Positions 22,349 through 35,200 of a stretch of DNA of 64,000 bases are shown piece after piece (position 1 is the first letter of the stretch; every line of letters begins with the position of its first letter). The stretch lies in assembly GCA_004764695.1 (NCBI GenBank), contig SMSO01000037.1, forward strand, positions 3,510,747-3,574,746, read 5' to 3'. This stretch comes from Schizochytrium sp. TIO01 (taxonomy: Eukaryota; Protista; Bigyra: Labyrinthulomycetes). The translations under genes and the position numbers were made by a program. The notes beneath the pieces are model-generated. The model did no database searches, was not told the DNA's origin, and saw nothing but the letters and a program-made list of their open reading frames with translations.

Positions 22349-24150
22349 TGTTCAAGGCAACTGCTTTGATTGCCCGTGATTCAAGGTCCTTCTTGATGAA
22401 CCCTCTCCTGTTGTTATTACAACGTAGGAGTTATTCGAGATTTGATGTTGCCGCGGGGTGCACCAGGTTCAGGTGCCCTCGCCGTGGTTCGTCGGTAGCT
22501 GTGCTGGTCCAGAGCTCCTTTGCTGAGCCCTGGCTACACAATTTCAGGTTTGCTTTGCTTCTTCAGGATGCACGGACCCCGATGCATAATTTTAACCAAT
22601 CAAGCGCGCCTCGATTCTTGAAGAGGGCGGCCAAGATACTCTTTAAGCTGGGATGAGTTAGGATGAGAGAAAAGTGGGAACATCACTTTTTTTTAATTCA
22701 GACCATATTTTCTTACTTCCCGGGCTGTTAATGAAAATCAAGTGAACAAACAAACAAACAAACAAACAAGAAAAGCAAGTAATCATACACAAGTATTTTC
22801 AAGCTCAAAGCAAATCCTTTGCAAGAAAGTCCAAAGCATATCACAAACCAGACCGTACTTCTGTGCCCAAGGTTTGAAACAGCTATAGGCGCCTTCGTCA
22901 GCACTCCACACGACAATATATACCCCATAATTAGTGCATTCCCGTCTATTTCTATTCCAGTTTCCGGCGGCCTTCCATTTTCATTTTATTTTCATTTTTA
23001 TTAAATTAATTATTTTTTTTGCATTCAGTCACGAGACTGCCACTGTCGCCAGAGAGCCCTTGCGAGAACTGTTAACCCGCAGCCAGATTCATCACCTTGT
23101 CTGTTATCGCCACCTCCTCTACTTTAGCCTGCGGTGACAGTACGAGACACGGTTCTGCTGGTTTTAAAACAAGAAAAAGCGCCAAAAGAGCAAAAACCAA
23201 AAAAACATGGCTCTCCAGTTTGTCTGTTGTAGTTCTGCTGTTCCAAGTGAGAGGATCTAACTCGCCTTCTCTGCGGACCGTGACAACGCGAAAGCGAGCG
23301 CTGAGAAGAGAGGTCCATGCACAGCTTTCTTTTACGGCCCGTGATGTCCACACGGGTGTTCTGAGCGGCCGTCGCACCGCAGAAGCCCTGAGATGCGGAG
23401 AAAGTGCAATTGCGTGAATGCATGAACAAACACGTTCTCTGCGAAAGCCACTTTTCCTCAAATCTAGAACGGCGTTCTCTTCGCGTGGAGAAGAGAACGG
23501 CGGCGAAGAGGAAGGAAGGAATTCAAACCATCAGTCGATCGATTCGAAAAGAGCGAAGGCGCACGCCCGCCTTTAGGCGGCCCTAGCGCACTCCTAGCGA
23601 GTGCGTGCCAGGAATGGTCGATCGATTACGCACTTTTGCACGAGGCAGGAAAAAGCGCGAAGAAAGTGGAGAAAAGTAGAAATCACACTCCGCATTCTCT
23701 GATGTGCACTTGAGAGGGCGCCTTCGAGAAAGCAGTGGCGCCACCGATTGAGCGATGGCTTGCGCGAATGAAGTGCCGTCGATCGAACGTCGCCGCGTCC
23801 ATCCACAGGTTGACAGGCAACTGAAGAGCGAGCGTGCCACGGGAAAGGATCAAGGAATGAACTTGCATGAACTTGAATGAACTTGAGCTTGAGTGTCTCA
23901 TATGAATGATGAAACATGGTTCGGACTACGCGGTGTCCTGTATCTCGGCACACCGCCGTGACTGGAGTTTGTTTGTTATGGAATAAATGTCGCAGAAGAA
24001 GTACTTCCAAGTTTGACTTCGGTATTTGGTTTGCTTTTCCATTATGCAAGTTCTTTCTTTATTCTGCTGTGCGAGTAGAAAAGAACAAAGGGCAGCTTGA
24101 AAATAAAGTGAGCGCCGAATCAAGATCCACGAAGGTTTTTATTTATTTAT

Positions 24151-24382
<232 letters not shown>

Positions 24383-24560
24383 TTATTTATTGCATTCAAA
24401 TAAATTGAAGATGGATGCACAAAGAAGAACCAAGACAGAAAAGCGGCACGAATATGTTGCGGTATGGGAGGACGTATGTACAAACCTGCCACTCTGCAGG
24501 GAAAGAAGAAGACACTCCAATGAAGTGAGTGTTTGGGGAGACATGCTATGCATTCATTCA

Positions 24561-24815
24561 TTGATACATTCATTGATATTTCATTCATTCATTGATATAT
24601 TCATTGATATTTCATTCATTCATTGATATATTCATTGATATTTCATTCATTTATTGATACATTCATTGATATTTCATTCATTCATTGATATATTCATTGA
24701 TATTTCATTCATTTATTGATACATTCATTGATATTTCATTCATTCATTGATATATTCATTGATATTTCATTCATTTATTGATACATTCATTGATATTTCA
24801 TTCATTCATTGATAC
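24561..24815. repeat. 31-bp minisatellite with 62-bp higher-order periodicity
   Basis: Unit TTGATA[C/T]ATTCATTGATATTTCATTCATT[C/T]A, ~8 copies, with variants alternating. Confidence 0.85.
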
Positions 24816-25761
24816 ATACATACATTCATTCATTCATTCATTCATTCACTGACTCATTCCTTGGCTGATCTATCTTATCCATTGGTGCCGCTGTTTGTTC
24901 ACTTCCTCCCTCTGCTTCCTTCCTTGCTTCCTCACTTCCGCACTTCCTTACAAGACTCCTCCGGCATGCAGGCTGCCTGGAAGAGAGAGCAGAGGCGAAG
25001 AAGGCGCGCAAACCATCGAAGCTTTCCATGAATCGATCGATCACTGATGCATTGCAACAGCGGGTCTGACAAAGTTGGAATGTGCGTGATCCCTTGATTC
25101 CTGAAGGACTGGCAGCCAGCTAGAGGAAAGCCTAGGGCCACGCTTGGCGTGCGTTGTTCAGACTCCCTCCTCTCACGTGGGAAGTAGAGCGACGCCTCCT
25201 TCTTGCTGCCGTAGGACCTGCCTACGCAGTGCTAGTGCTGTAGGATAGATGCATTAAAACATTCATTTTGATGAATCATGCTCAGAAAAGTGCCATGCGG
25301 GTTTCAGAGAGTGCGAGGGAGAATGAACGCAAAAGAGCGGAAGAGGCAGAACTCTTCTTAGGAGGTAATGAACGAATGAATGAATGAATGAGCCAAGGCG
25401 AAAGAAAGTCTTTTCGCTGGTTCTGCAGCAAGCTGTGAAAGCAAGCCAAAGCAGTCGCTCAATTCAAGCAGCGATTCTGCTTTTTAAAGGCGTATTCTCT
25501 TTTCTACGTGGGGTCTGCTTCACAGGCAGTTGTGACAGGCACTTTGAATGAATGCAATGAGTGGGGCGCTGTTCTGGTCGAAAGAGGCTTTAGCCCAAAG
25601 TTTCGAGAAAGTATATTCATTCTAAAGGGACTCTCCCGAAGGCACTCCGGTTTATGAGGGTTTCATTGAGGAAGCGGTATTCCCTGTAGTCTCCGAATCA
25701 TCCCTTTGCACCAGCACTTCCACGAATGGCGTCCTGTGGGTACCAAGATAGACGTCATGTA

Positions 25762-25932
25762 TAAACAAACAAACAAACAAACAAACAAACAAACAAACAA
25801 ACAAACAAACAAACAAACAAACAAACAAACAAACAAACAAACAAACAAACAAACAAACAAACAAACAAACAAACAAACAAACAAACAAACAAACAAACAA
25901 ACAAACAAACAAACAAACAAACAAACAAATAA

Positions 25933-25966
<34 letters not shown>
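25762..25966. repeat. (AAAC)n followed by (TA)n microsatellites
   Basis: Perfect aaac run to ~25929, then a (ta)n run to ~25966. Confidence 0.97.
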
Positions 25967-25970
<4 letters not shown>

Positions 25971-28900
25971 AGTTAAAAAAGTCTCGGATTGATGACTTTC
26001 TGGTCTCAAGCAGCGCTGAGCTAGTGGCTTTTCCTGCTCTCGCACAAGGACGGCACAAGGACGGCGCAAGGACAGGCCCAGTTTACCATTTACGGCAGCT
26101 CAAGGGCTTGAGATGCAAAGATGCATCATCCTATTTCTGCAAGCAGGTCGGCCAACTAATGAGCGTCCGAGAGGCCGGGGGGGGAGGCCACGCCGCGGCG
26201 TTCATGGGCGCTGTAGTAGGGTAACTAGCTAGCTAGCTATAGCTAATAAGTCCGAGCTGTGTGAATGAGCGATGCGTCTCGGAGAGCCATCTTTGATTCT
26301 TTGATGGCGCGTGTTATGACTATTTAGCATCGCAGTCTGAGGGCTGAAAAGGAGCGGATCTGTAACATCGCTCGGGATCGATCGAGTGGGCCAACGTGAA
26401 CTTGAGGAAAGAGCTCTTGGTTGTTGTAAACGCGGCGCAAGACGCGACAAATTCCGGCGCCGTGATTGAGGAGGTTTGGGAAAGCTTGCCCACTCCACTG
26501 TCGCATCCACACATCGCGACGCAAAACCGATCGACGCTGCCGTCCTTATCAGTGAATCACGCCGCGGCGGCAGTGGGTGCAACATTCATCTGCAGCGCAA
26601 GCTTAAAGATCTCTTGAGAATTGATTTGTGTATATCGGATAATAATCCAATCTTGGTTTGATTATGCATGCATAGGCGGATAGAGAGAGAGAGACATGTC
26701 TTGCAGGTTAAGTCTTTTCGATTTGGAAATCCACGAAGAAGGTACTTGTTGTAGACAATATGATAAATGTACGCTCCATGATTGGCACTCGACAGGTAAT
26801 CAATCACCCTTTTGCCAGAGACTGAGGAGGATCAGGCGGAAGCGCGAAGCTTCGACGCAGACGGAAAAGAGTATTGCGCAGGTCAGCGTCACGACAATAC
26901 TCTTTGGTCGCCCTTTTCAGGGCCCTCATTCTTTCTTAATTCAAAGTTCTAGGTTATCGTGGTCCCTGGTCGATTGAGAAGCAACTGCAGAGAAAGAAAT
27001 GATCCTCCGTGAGAGTGAAAGCTTTCTCTGGTTCTCTTCTTGATATAGAATGTAAGATGTAAGGGCCAATGCACTCATTGTGCAACTTATATAGAAATAG
27101 CCCAGCGGGCTAGCTTTTATTCAGAATAAAGCTCCATCATCATGATCATATGTATTTTTCAAGAATCATGTTAAATTAAAAGGATCTCTGATGCGAAAAT
27201 AATAAAAAGAAGAAGAAGAAAAAGAAGAAGAAGAAGAAGAAGCTGAAATAGCAGGTATTTACGCAATAGTGCTTACCTAAGTAAGTACCTATCTACATAT
27301 CTTGGACAAGAATAAGAATAAGAAGGTTTAGAGGGGAGCAGACTCAAGCGCATCCCGGCCAACGTAAACTCGAAAATGCCTCTGAGCTGCAACGTTTACT
27401 CTAGCTAGGCGTGAAGCATGGCCCAGGCAATACTTATTTCATACTTCTAAAAGGGAAAGGGACCACGGCATATTGCTGGCCACTGCCTGCCTGCCTGCCA
27501 CCCGGCTTGGCATGGCCATCATGACTACGACTTGGCAACCTTCACAAAGAGCGTGGCCACATACGAAATTTTAAGCCTGAGAAGGCCAGACTCTGGTTAT
27601 CGCTCTTTGCGGCGCTGGATTCTTTCTGCCGCTACCCTAGCTACTATCTCTATAGGAGCACAAAGGAGACAGAGAAAATGGTGGCAAGATGGCAGACCCT
27701 TAACAGTAGCGATTGAAAGGTTTAGCTCTCGTGACCTTTTTTGCAACAATTCAGGCTAAAGGGCTCGACAACACGACAGCAAACCGCAATGGTGCCAGAA
27801 CATCAGGAAAATTCGGTGTCACTCTTTGGAGTATCGCTGCGACGATCTTTTCATTGGGGGAGAACTCAGATCAAAACATGATTTTTGTTCTTGCTTGTCG
27901 CGTTCGAGGATAGGAGTGCTTCTGCTTTGGCTTGAGTTTCTTGTCGTTTCTTTCTGAATACTAAGAATGCAAAAACTTGTCTCTCAGAGACAAGACAAGA
28001 CAAGTAAAAGTGATTTAGCGGAAGGTATATGCAGACCAGGGGAGCTTGGGCTGGATCATGTAGACGATGCGCTGCATGGACAAAATCCATAGGTCTTCCC
28101 TCCGAGATCGTTGTAGAACATAGTATTTGAAGTACCTAGTCTTTTGAAAATGACACGCATAAATGAAGTGTTTTGAGAACCAATGTAAGCAGAACTTGCA
28201 TGTCCTCTTTCTTTTTTGTTGCGCCCAGAAAGAGAATTATTGGCAAGCCTCCCTGGGTGCAACTATGCTAATTTTTTGAATTACCAGATTGTGCTCGTTT
28301 GTTGTCTCGTACAACTATATAGCAGACAGTACAACTCCTTTTATTTGAAGCGATACCTCCCAAAAAGCAGTCTGCATTGCGCTTGTCTATGGGGTAATAA
28401 ACATGTTCAACGTGAAGAGATGTCAAATATTTGCGAAAACAAATCTTGGAAAGGACGAACAAAGAACAAAGAACAAAGAACAATACTGCGCTCAGATCTT
28501 AAGATAGAGACAAGAACATCCGGATTTTTACAAAAGATTTACAATAAAACAATGCGTAGGTGAGGTTTTTGGCTGTTCATTTTACAAATAACAAAAGCAG
28601 TTGGAATCATTAAATGCCCATACTTAGATGAGTCTGGTCAGTTAGAAGTCGACTAACAAAGCAAAAGCTAAAAGCCTTGAAGAAGGCCGAGGTGGGCTTA
28701 CTTATGAACGTTGGCTTTACAGGTTAGTAATCTGCTGTCTTTGAAGTTGAGAAGATTGATTCATATCATAATTATGCTACGAGATAATATTGGGTTTCAC
28801 TATTCTCATCAGAAGCGAATCAGGTAAGGTGAACTTATCTCCTTGACCATCAATCAAGACTCGCCATACTTATTCTATCCAAGTGAATGTATATTCCAGC

Positions 28901-30786
28901 TTCTGATACTTTTTCTTTTCCTTTTTGACGCCGTGTGTTATGACTACACCTCTGTCTGTGTGTAGCTCTCTTCTAATGTCTGTCCTCGAAAAGTTAGTAT
29001 TTGCAATGACACGCCACGAACTCTAGCAATGACATGTCCACACGATCCTTCGATTTGAGATCTCAACAGTCCTCTACCTGCTTGTCTATGCTCTTAAGTT
29101 AAAAAAACAAACAAAAAAACAATGGAAGGCTTCCTATCAGCGTATAGGTTTCTGTTCTTCTGTGATCTTACAGTAAATATTATACACTGGTACCAGGTTC
29201 GAGAAGCTAAACAAAAGCATGAGCTTAGTCTGTGATTAAGCGTATCCCATATTGACTCCAGGGAATATTCAGATAATTATTGAGAAAAAAGGCAAGGCAT
29301 GAAAAAATCATTTGTAATGATTAACGTCTCGATGTGTGAAATCTAATGTTACGTCTTCAAGAGTCTAGTATTTGCCATGAATCTCTTGGTTTTGGCAAAC
29401 TTTGCTTTGCTCCAACTCCTATGAACATTGTATTGCCTAGCTTAAGTATCCAAGCTGCAAGGAGGGGTCTCGTGCCTGCCATATTGGTTTCCTCAAACTT
29501 TGCTACTATGCAGGCCTCAGCACCGACTGCATCGGACAAAAGGGATATCAACTTCGATTTGAATAAGCTTTCTGAGGGGTCAAAACAGAGCAGATTAATG
29601 ACAAGTTTGAAATGTGGACGTTTCACAGGTCATGGTCACTTGCCAGCCCCACTGTTTGGAATCTAAACATCTTCTCAACCCTATCCAACACTCTAGCTAC
29701 CGATTTGCTCGCCACCGCTACTTTTTCTCGTTCCTTCTTAGTGTGCCGTAACTGCTATTCTGAGGCAAAGAGTCACATCTACTCAATCTCTGTAATGCCT
29801 TGGATTTGTGCCGAAGCCTGCGATCTCGTCCTAGTTGCCTATCCAGTTAATTTTAATGAAATAGTTTAGCTAATGTAGAATATTTTAAATCATACTCTTG
29901 GCTTTACATTCCATCATGCCACGCGGGGAACACCTCCTTTCATTCGCACTGAGAAGTAAAGTCGCGTAGGACCGGCTCAGTAGTATGATAGGGGACTGCA
30001 TGTGAAGCCTCGCAGTTGAATATTTTCATCCTTCTTTCAGATAGACCTATCTCTACATTTTTTTAACCTACATCGAAAGCAGCTCCTAGTATATGACAGT
30101 GGAATAAAGGTCATCCTCGAGCCTATTTTGAACAATGGGCGACATTCAACTATCCTTAAGGACACCAAGAAGGTGTTACTATTTAACCCATCATCCTCAT
30201 CATATGTAACACAAAGTTTTTACCGAAGTCATTTTCAATGGTCATATTCAAGAGCCAATTAAGCAGAATCTGTGAGACGAAGTTTATCTAGATGTAATGG
30301 AGTGCTTCATCATGATCTCAAAGTTCTCAACAATGTTATGAAACTCGACATTTTGGAGAACTCTTTTTGTACTCAATTCTGAGATATTGTAAAAACCACA
30401 GTTGCTTCTATTGTTTGAATGATGTTACGCTCTTCAAGAATGTACCTGCAAATTCAAATGCTAGTTTCGTTGCCCTCCCAACAAAGGCCTTAGTAGATGA
30501 AGCCAGACACAGAAAACTTTGCTGGGTATTAAACTTGTCGAAACAACGGATCACTCCCATACGTACTTTTAACATCATAAATGTTGCACCTTAAAACATA
30601 GTTTGATGTACATTATGATGAGTAGTTACCATTTTATTTTACTTAAGAGAAATGTGGTACAGGGTGAAAATTGAAAAACATTATACTTGCGTGAATCTGA
30701 TTAGCTGATCAAGGGTACTATAGTAGTAATGAATTAACACATTCAAATAATAATAGTAGGATCGTATTCTTGGCAATCTGTTAGTG

Positions 30787-31206
30787 CTGAAAATGATTCT
30801 GGTCAGCGTGAGGTTGACTATAAAGATGAAAGGACGGGTCTTGATAAAGCTTTTAAGAAGGTTGGTTTAAGAGTGTTAGCGAGCTGCTGTCGTGGAAAAT
30901 GAATTCCAGGGCAGATGGACTTATGTGGTAAAGAAGGAGGTTAAGACATTCTTGAAAGGTGTTAGAGATAATCGATGGGGTTAGGTTAGTTCAACCTCTA
31001 CAACCATCGATCCAAGTTACACCATGCTTGGATGTAGGTAATGTGTACTCACACTTCTGGTCCTTGCCTCCGGCAGTCACATGATTCTGGCTGCCTACTC
31101 TTGCTCTATTGTAGGCCCTATGTCTACTAGGGTTTCATAAACGGACGCCAAGAACCCTAGCAATGTCTTGTCCACTAGTTCCTTCGATCGGAGATCTCAA
31201 CAGTTA
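30787..31206. repeat. Dispersed ~400-bp repeat, copy 1 (probable TE relic or structured element)
   Basis: Aligns by eye with 50640-51040; a 3' fragment also occurs at ~29008-29070. Confidence 0.85.
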
Positions 31207-32217
31207 GGGACACGCGTAAGCAATTATTTACCATAAAAAGACTGCAAAAGTAAAAAAACACCAAATGAAAATCCTAGCATTTTGAAGACCTACGCGTTAT
31301 ATGCGTCACGTTGAATAATGTGGGTACTGCTGCTTTGTTGTGTACCTCTTTTTCTACTGCCAATCACATCTAAAGCATCTTGATTTATCCTAAGGTATAC
31401 ATGAACTATGCAGGCCCGCTTGTGTATTCTTATACTAGCTAAAGGGACATTAGTGAGCGAAGTGTCTTTCACAGACCCTGTAAAAAATAATAAAATTTGC
31501 ACACCGTACTTACGGACGAGAAAAGATAATTTAAACTTTAATTTTATTGCTGGCGTATTTCAACTAATGCTTTGCTGTCTACTCTCTAGAGACTGCCAAG
31601 AGTCTGGTGAACCCCATCCTGGTCTTCTATTTTCTCTTGTTAGTGGCTTGGTATTGAATAAACTTATACATTATTTTATCTTCTTAATATAGATAGTTGA
31701 CCAAGGATTAATCCGAATAGAATTCTATCAGTAATTATTGTGCAAATTGTCAAAATCCTGAGTGATGGTTAAGCCCATACACGAAAACTTCACCATTTAA
31801 AACCAACACAAGGCATGCAACATTTAGCTTATCAATTTAAATAACGTGACTATAAATAATTCCTGAATCTTTAACCTAAACGTCTTGATATCTATAGAGC
31901 CTAAATCAATATAAATTCAAAGTATGTCCCATCATTCAAACATTTTTACTAAACCTTTACAATCTACTTCTACTTAGTCAAAATTATTTTTCCAGATTTG
32001 CAGACTCTAGTACTTCAAGGTTGTATGTCTCAATATCTTCAAGAATAAGGTTGACATTAAAACGTAACATTGTGCCACTTCAAGGAACCTATCATGAAAG
32101 GTTAATAGTAATAATGCTGCCACCAAGACAAAACAGGAGAAAAGGAATCTAGCTTTCAGCCAATAATCCAATAGTCAAGATATTTGTTTAAACGGAAGAA
32201 AGGGGAAACATTCTGAT

Positions 32218-35200
32218 TTAAGATGATGAACTACAAATCTCGCCACTGTAAGAATATTGATAGGAGACACTAAAACCTTGTGCAGACATGCAAGAGTATG
32301 CAAGCGAGCAGCCATTGTTTGCCTGCTGGTCACACTGCCGGAAACGAATCTTATTTTGGAAGAGGTTTGGATAGTCGCTGTACGACAGGGAAATAATGCC
32401 ATCGCAAGGAAGCTGAAGAGCCGGCACAAAAAACTCCTCAACCCACTCACCTAGGTCCTCATCATAATATTCAACAAAAATTCCCTGCTCACAAACGCTC
32501 GACGTAGTATTGTAAGACGGATCTGAAGAGCAGGTGTTATCCGTGTCACGCTCACCAGTTCCGTACATCTCAACATAAGTTGTAATACCAAACGTCTCTT
32601 GGTAAATGTCAGAGGTACATTGGCTTAGCCAGCGGTTAAGAGACCATGTTCCTCGGTTAGAGCTAATCGCAGTGCAGTACTGGGTTGTCCAACGCTTGCC
32701 AATGTTTGTCATACTGTTGCCATTGTTCCAAATCTTATCATAGCATGCTGTGGCCGGGTCAGACGCAGTGTTAAAGACGTTTGCAGTAGTACACCACGAC
32801 TCGATTGCTGCACTGATTTCAGCATCACTGCTGATGGTTGCTGCAGACACTAGTGCCTTTGCCAAGGTAAGAGCCATACTCCATTGCTGCCACGTGCAAG
32901 TGTAGAAAACACTGTCGGAGCCTGTCTTGGTGTGGTTAGACTGCATATAGTCAATTTTATCAGTAGGACAAAATCCAGTTGCCAACTCGCTGCCAGAACG
33001 TGTTTCATCGGTATCAATGATGTGATCGAGATCCAAGCGGTATCCAGTAATTCCTTCAGCATCACCACCCTGAGCAATCATTTTAAGACAGGTGATCTGA
33101 ACGTAGATAGACTCTTCAAACATAAAACTCCAGTTGCGAGTGGCACCGCGGGCAGTGGGATTTTGATCATCACTATCGTATGTGACGTTATTAAGAACGC
33201 CAGTAATATTTTGATCCCATCCCGAGCCAGCATCACCGAAACATTGACTTGCTGTAAGTGTGTAGTTGGTGCCATTCACGGTGAAGATCGCAGCGTTGAT
33301 GACAGCACGTTCGCCGAGGATTGTGTTAATGGCGAAGTCCCCACTAGGAGTTGTGTAAACCTCCATAACAGCCGGATTTGAATCCGGGTTTGCTTGGCAA
33401 GGAGATCCAATCGCACCAATGTTAGCCTGAGAACTTCCAGAGATAAGATCTGCTCGGGTTTGATTGTAGTAGCAAGCGTTTCCATCCTGGTCAACCTCTG
33501 AGGTACAGGTATCCTCTTCAATTGGACAGGTAGTGTCATCGTCTGTTTTAGTGCGTCCATCACAGATAATCCAAGCGGTAATGTTGAACGTAGTTGTCTG
33601 GAAAGAGATCATTTCAGGATCACCGTATACGCTGCAGTCGGAACAGCATGAGTTGGGCATCTCTTCTGCACTAGCATAGGTAATGTTGATGTCAAGTGTA
33701 CCTTCGTTATCAGCTAGGGAACTGCAGAGAGCACTCTCTGAGGAAGAGCTCATGTTGCAGTAGGGGCGAGTGGTTTCTTGGCTACGGCAATATCCATACT
33801 CGGTGAGCTCAGGCAAGGAGCTAGACTCGTCTTGACAGCATGTTTCACATTCACCAAGTTCCATATAAACATTGTCCGTGGAGCAAATTTGAGGAGCCGT
33901 ACCCTGGCTTACAAGGCAATCGTAGCATGAACTTTCAATCGTAGTCGATGGGCTTTCCGTGCCTGTAGAATCTGCGTTACTAGTCGAAGGGGCACCTGTT
34001 CCTTCTCCTGAAGGTTCAGGTGCTGCCGAAGGAGCTAATACTGGGCCAGCGGGAGCGGGAGTGGGTGCTTCCGTGGGAGCAGAGGTCGGTGCTTCAGTGG
34101 GAGCAGAGGTTGGTGCTTCGGTGGGGGCAGAGGTTGGTGCTTCGGTGGGGGCAGAGGTTGGTGCTTCGGTGGGGGCAGAGGTCGGTGTCTCAGTGGGAGC
34201 AGAGGTCGGTGTCTCAGTGGGAGCAGAGGTCGGTGTCTCAGTAGGAGCAGAGGTCGGTGTCTCAGTAGGGGTTTGGGTTGGAGATTCAGTAGGAAGCATT
34301 GTAGGAGTCAGGGTTGGCTGCGGCGTGGGGCAGAATTGCATGTTGTAATTGAAAGAAACCTCAAACCCATTTGTGGGCAAGCACGAATTAACGGTAGCAC
34401 ATTGAGCTTGGATGGACTCACATTGCACAAGACGGATAGGCCTGGTTACAATATTGGGATAATCCGCACCACTGATGTTAAGCAAGTCATTGCAAGGTGG
34501 ATAGTCAGCAGGAATAAAAAATTCATCCTCCCAAGACTCTGCGTCTGAGTTGTATGACTGTACTTGAACACCAACAGCGCAGTCGTAAGATTTAGAGGTA
34601 TTGTACTCTGCTGCGTTGGAGATGCATTCTGTCGGGGCAGTATCGGATGAGACAATAGTATAGGAGGGTCGGTCAAGAACATATTGGAACCAGGTGAAGT
34701 CTTCAATCTCTTGCAAACACTTTTGGTAGCCGCTCTCGTCATAGCTGGTTTTGGCAGAGTTTAGGTTGTCGACTTGACAAACGATATCTGCCCAGTTATA
34801 ACTAGTTTCCGTGCAGTTCTCTTCATCAATGATACGTGAAACACACTCTTCAGTTGTGTTGATGGCAGGGGAAACTCCAGAGAGATCATTCATTTCACAC
34901 CAGTAGCGAACGTTACTCTCGAGGTTGCTTTCGAGACATGTAGCATCAACCAGGGCTTTGCATGCCTCTACACAACCACCTAGCTCACTACGAAGGCAAA
35001 TGTCATCTTGCTCAATCGAAAGCGTTCCTGTTCCTTTTGAATCCTCGGAAATGGAACCAGTGCTGCAAAAGCCGTCACCGTTTGCAGGAGTAGATGCATC
35101 ACCAGCAGTCGGAACCTTGAGAGTTATATCAAGGCGAGACCGATAATCAGAAGTCGCCTGACACATGATACTAGTATACACAGTTGCATCATCATTTTGA

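Noticed and set aside
24561-24815. CRISPR-like regular 31-bp repeat
   Set aside because: The units are contiguous with no unique spacers, there are no cas genes, and the context is eukaryotic.
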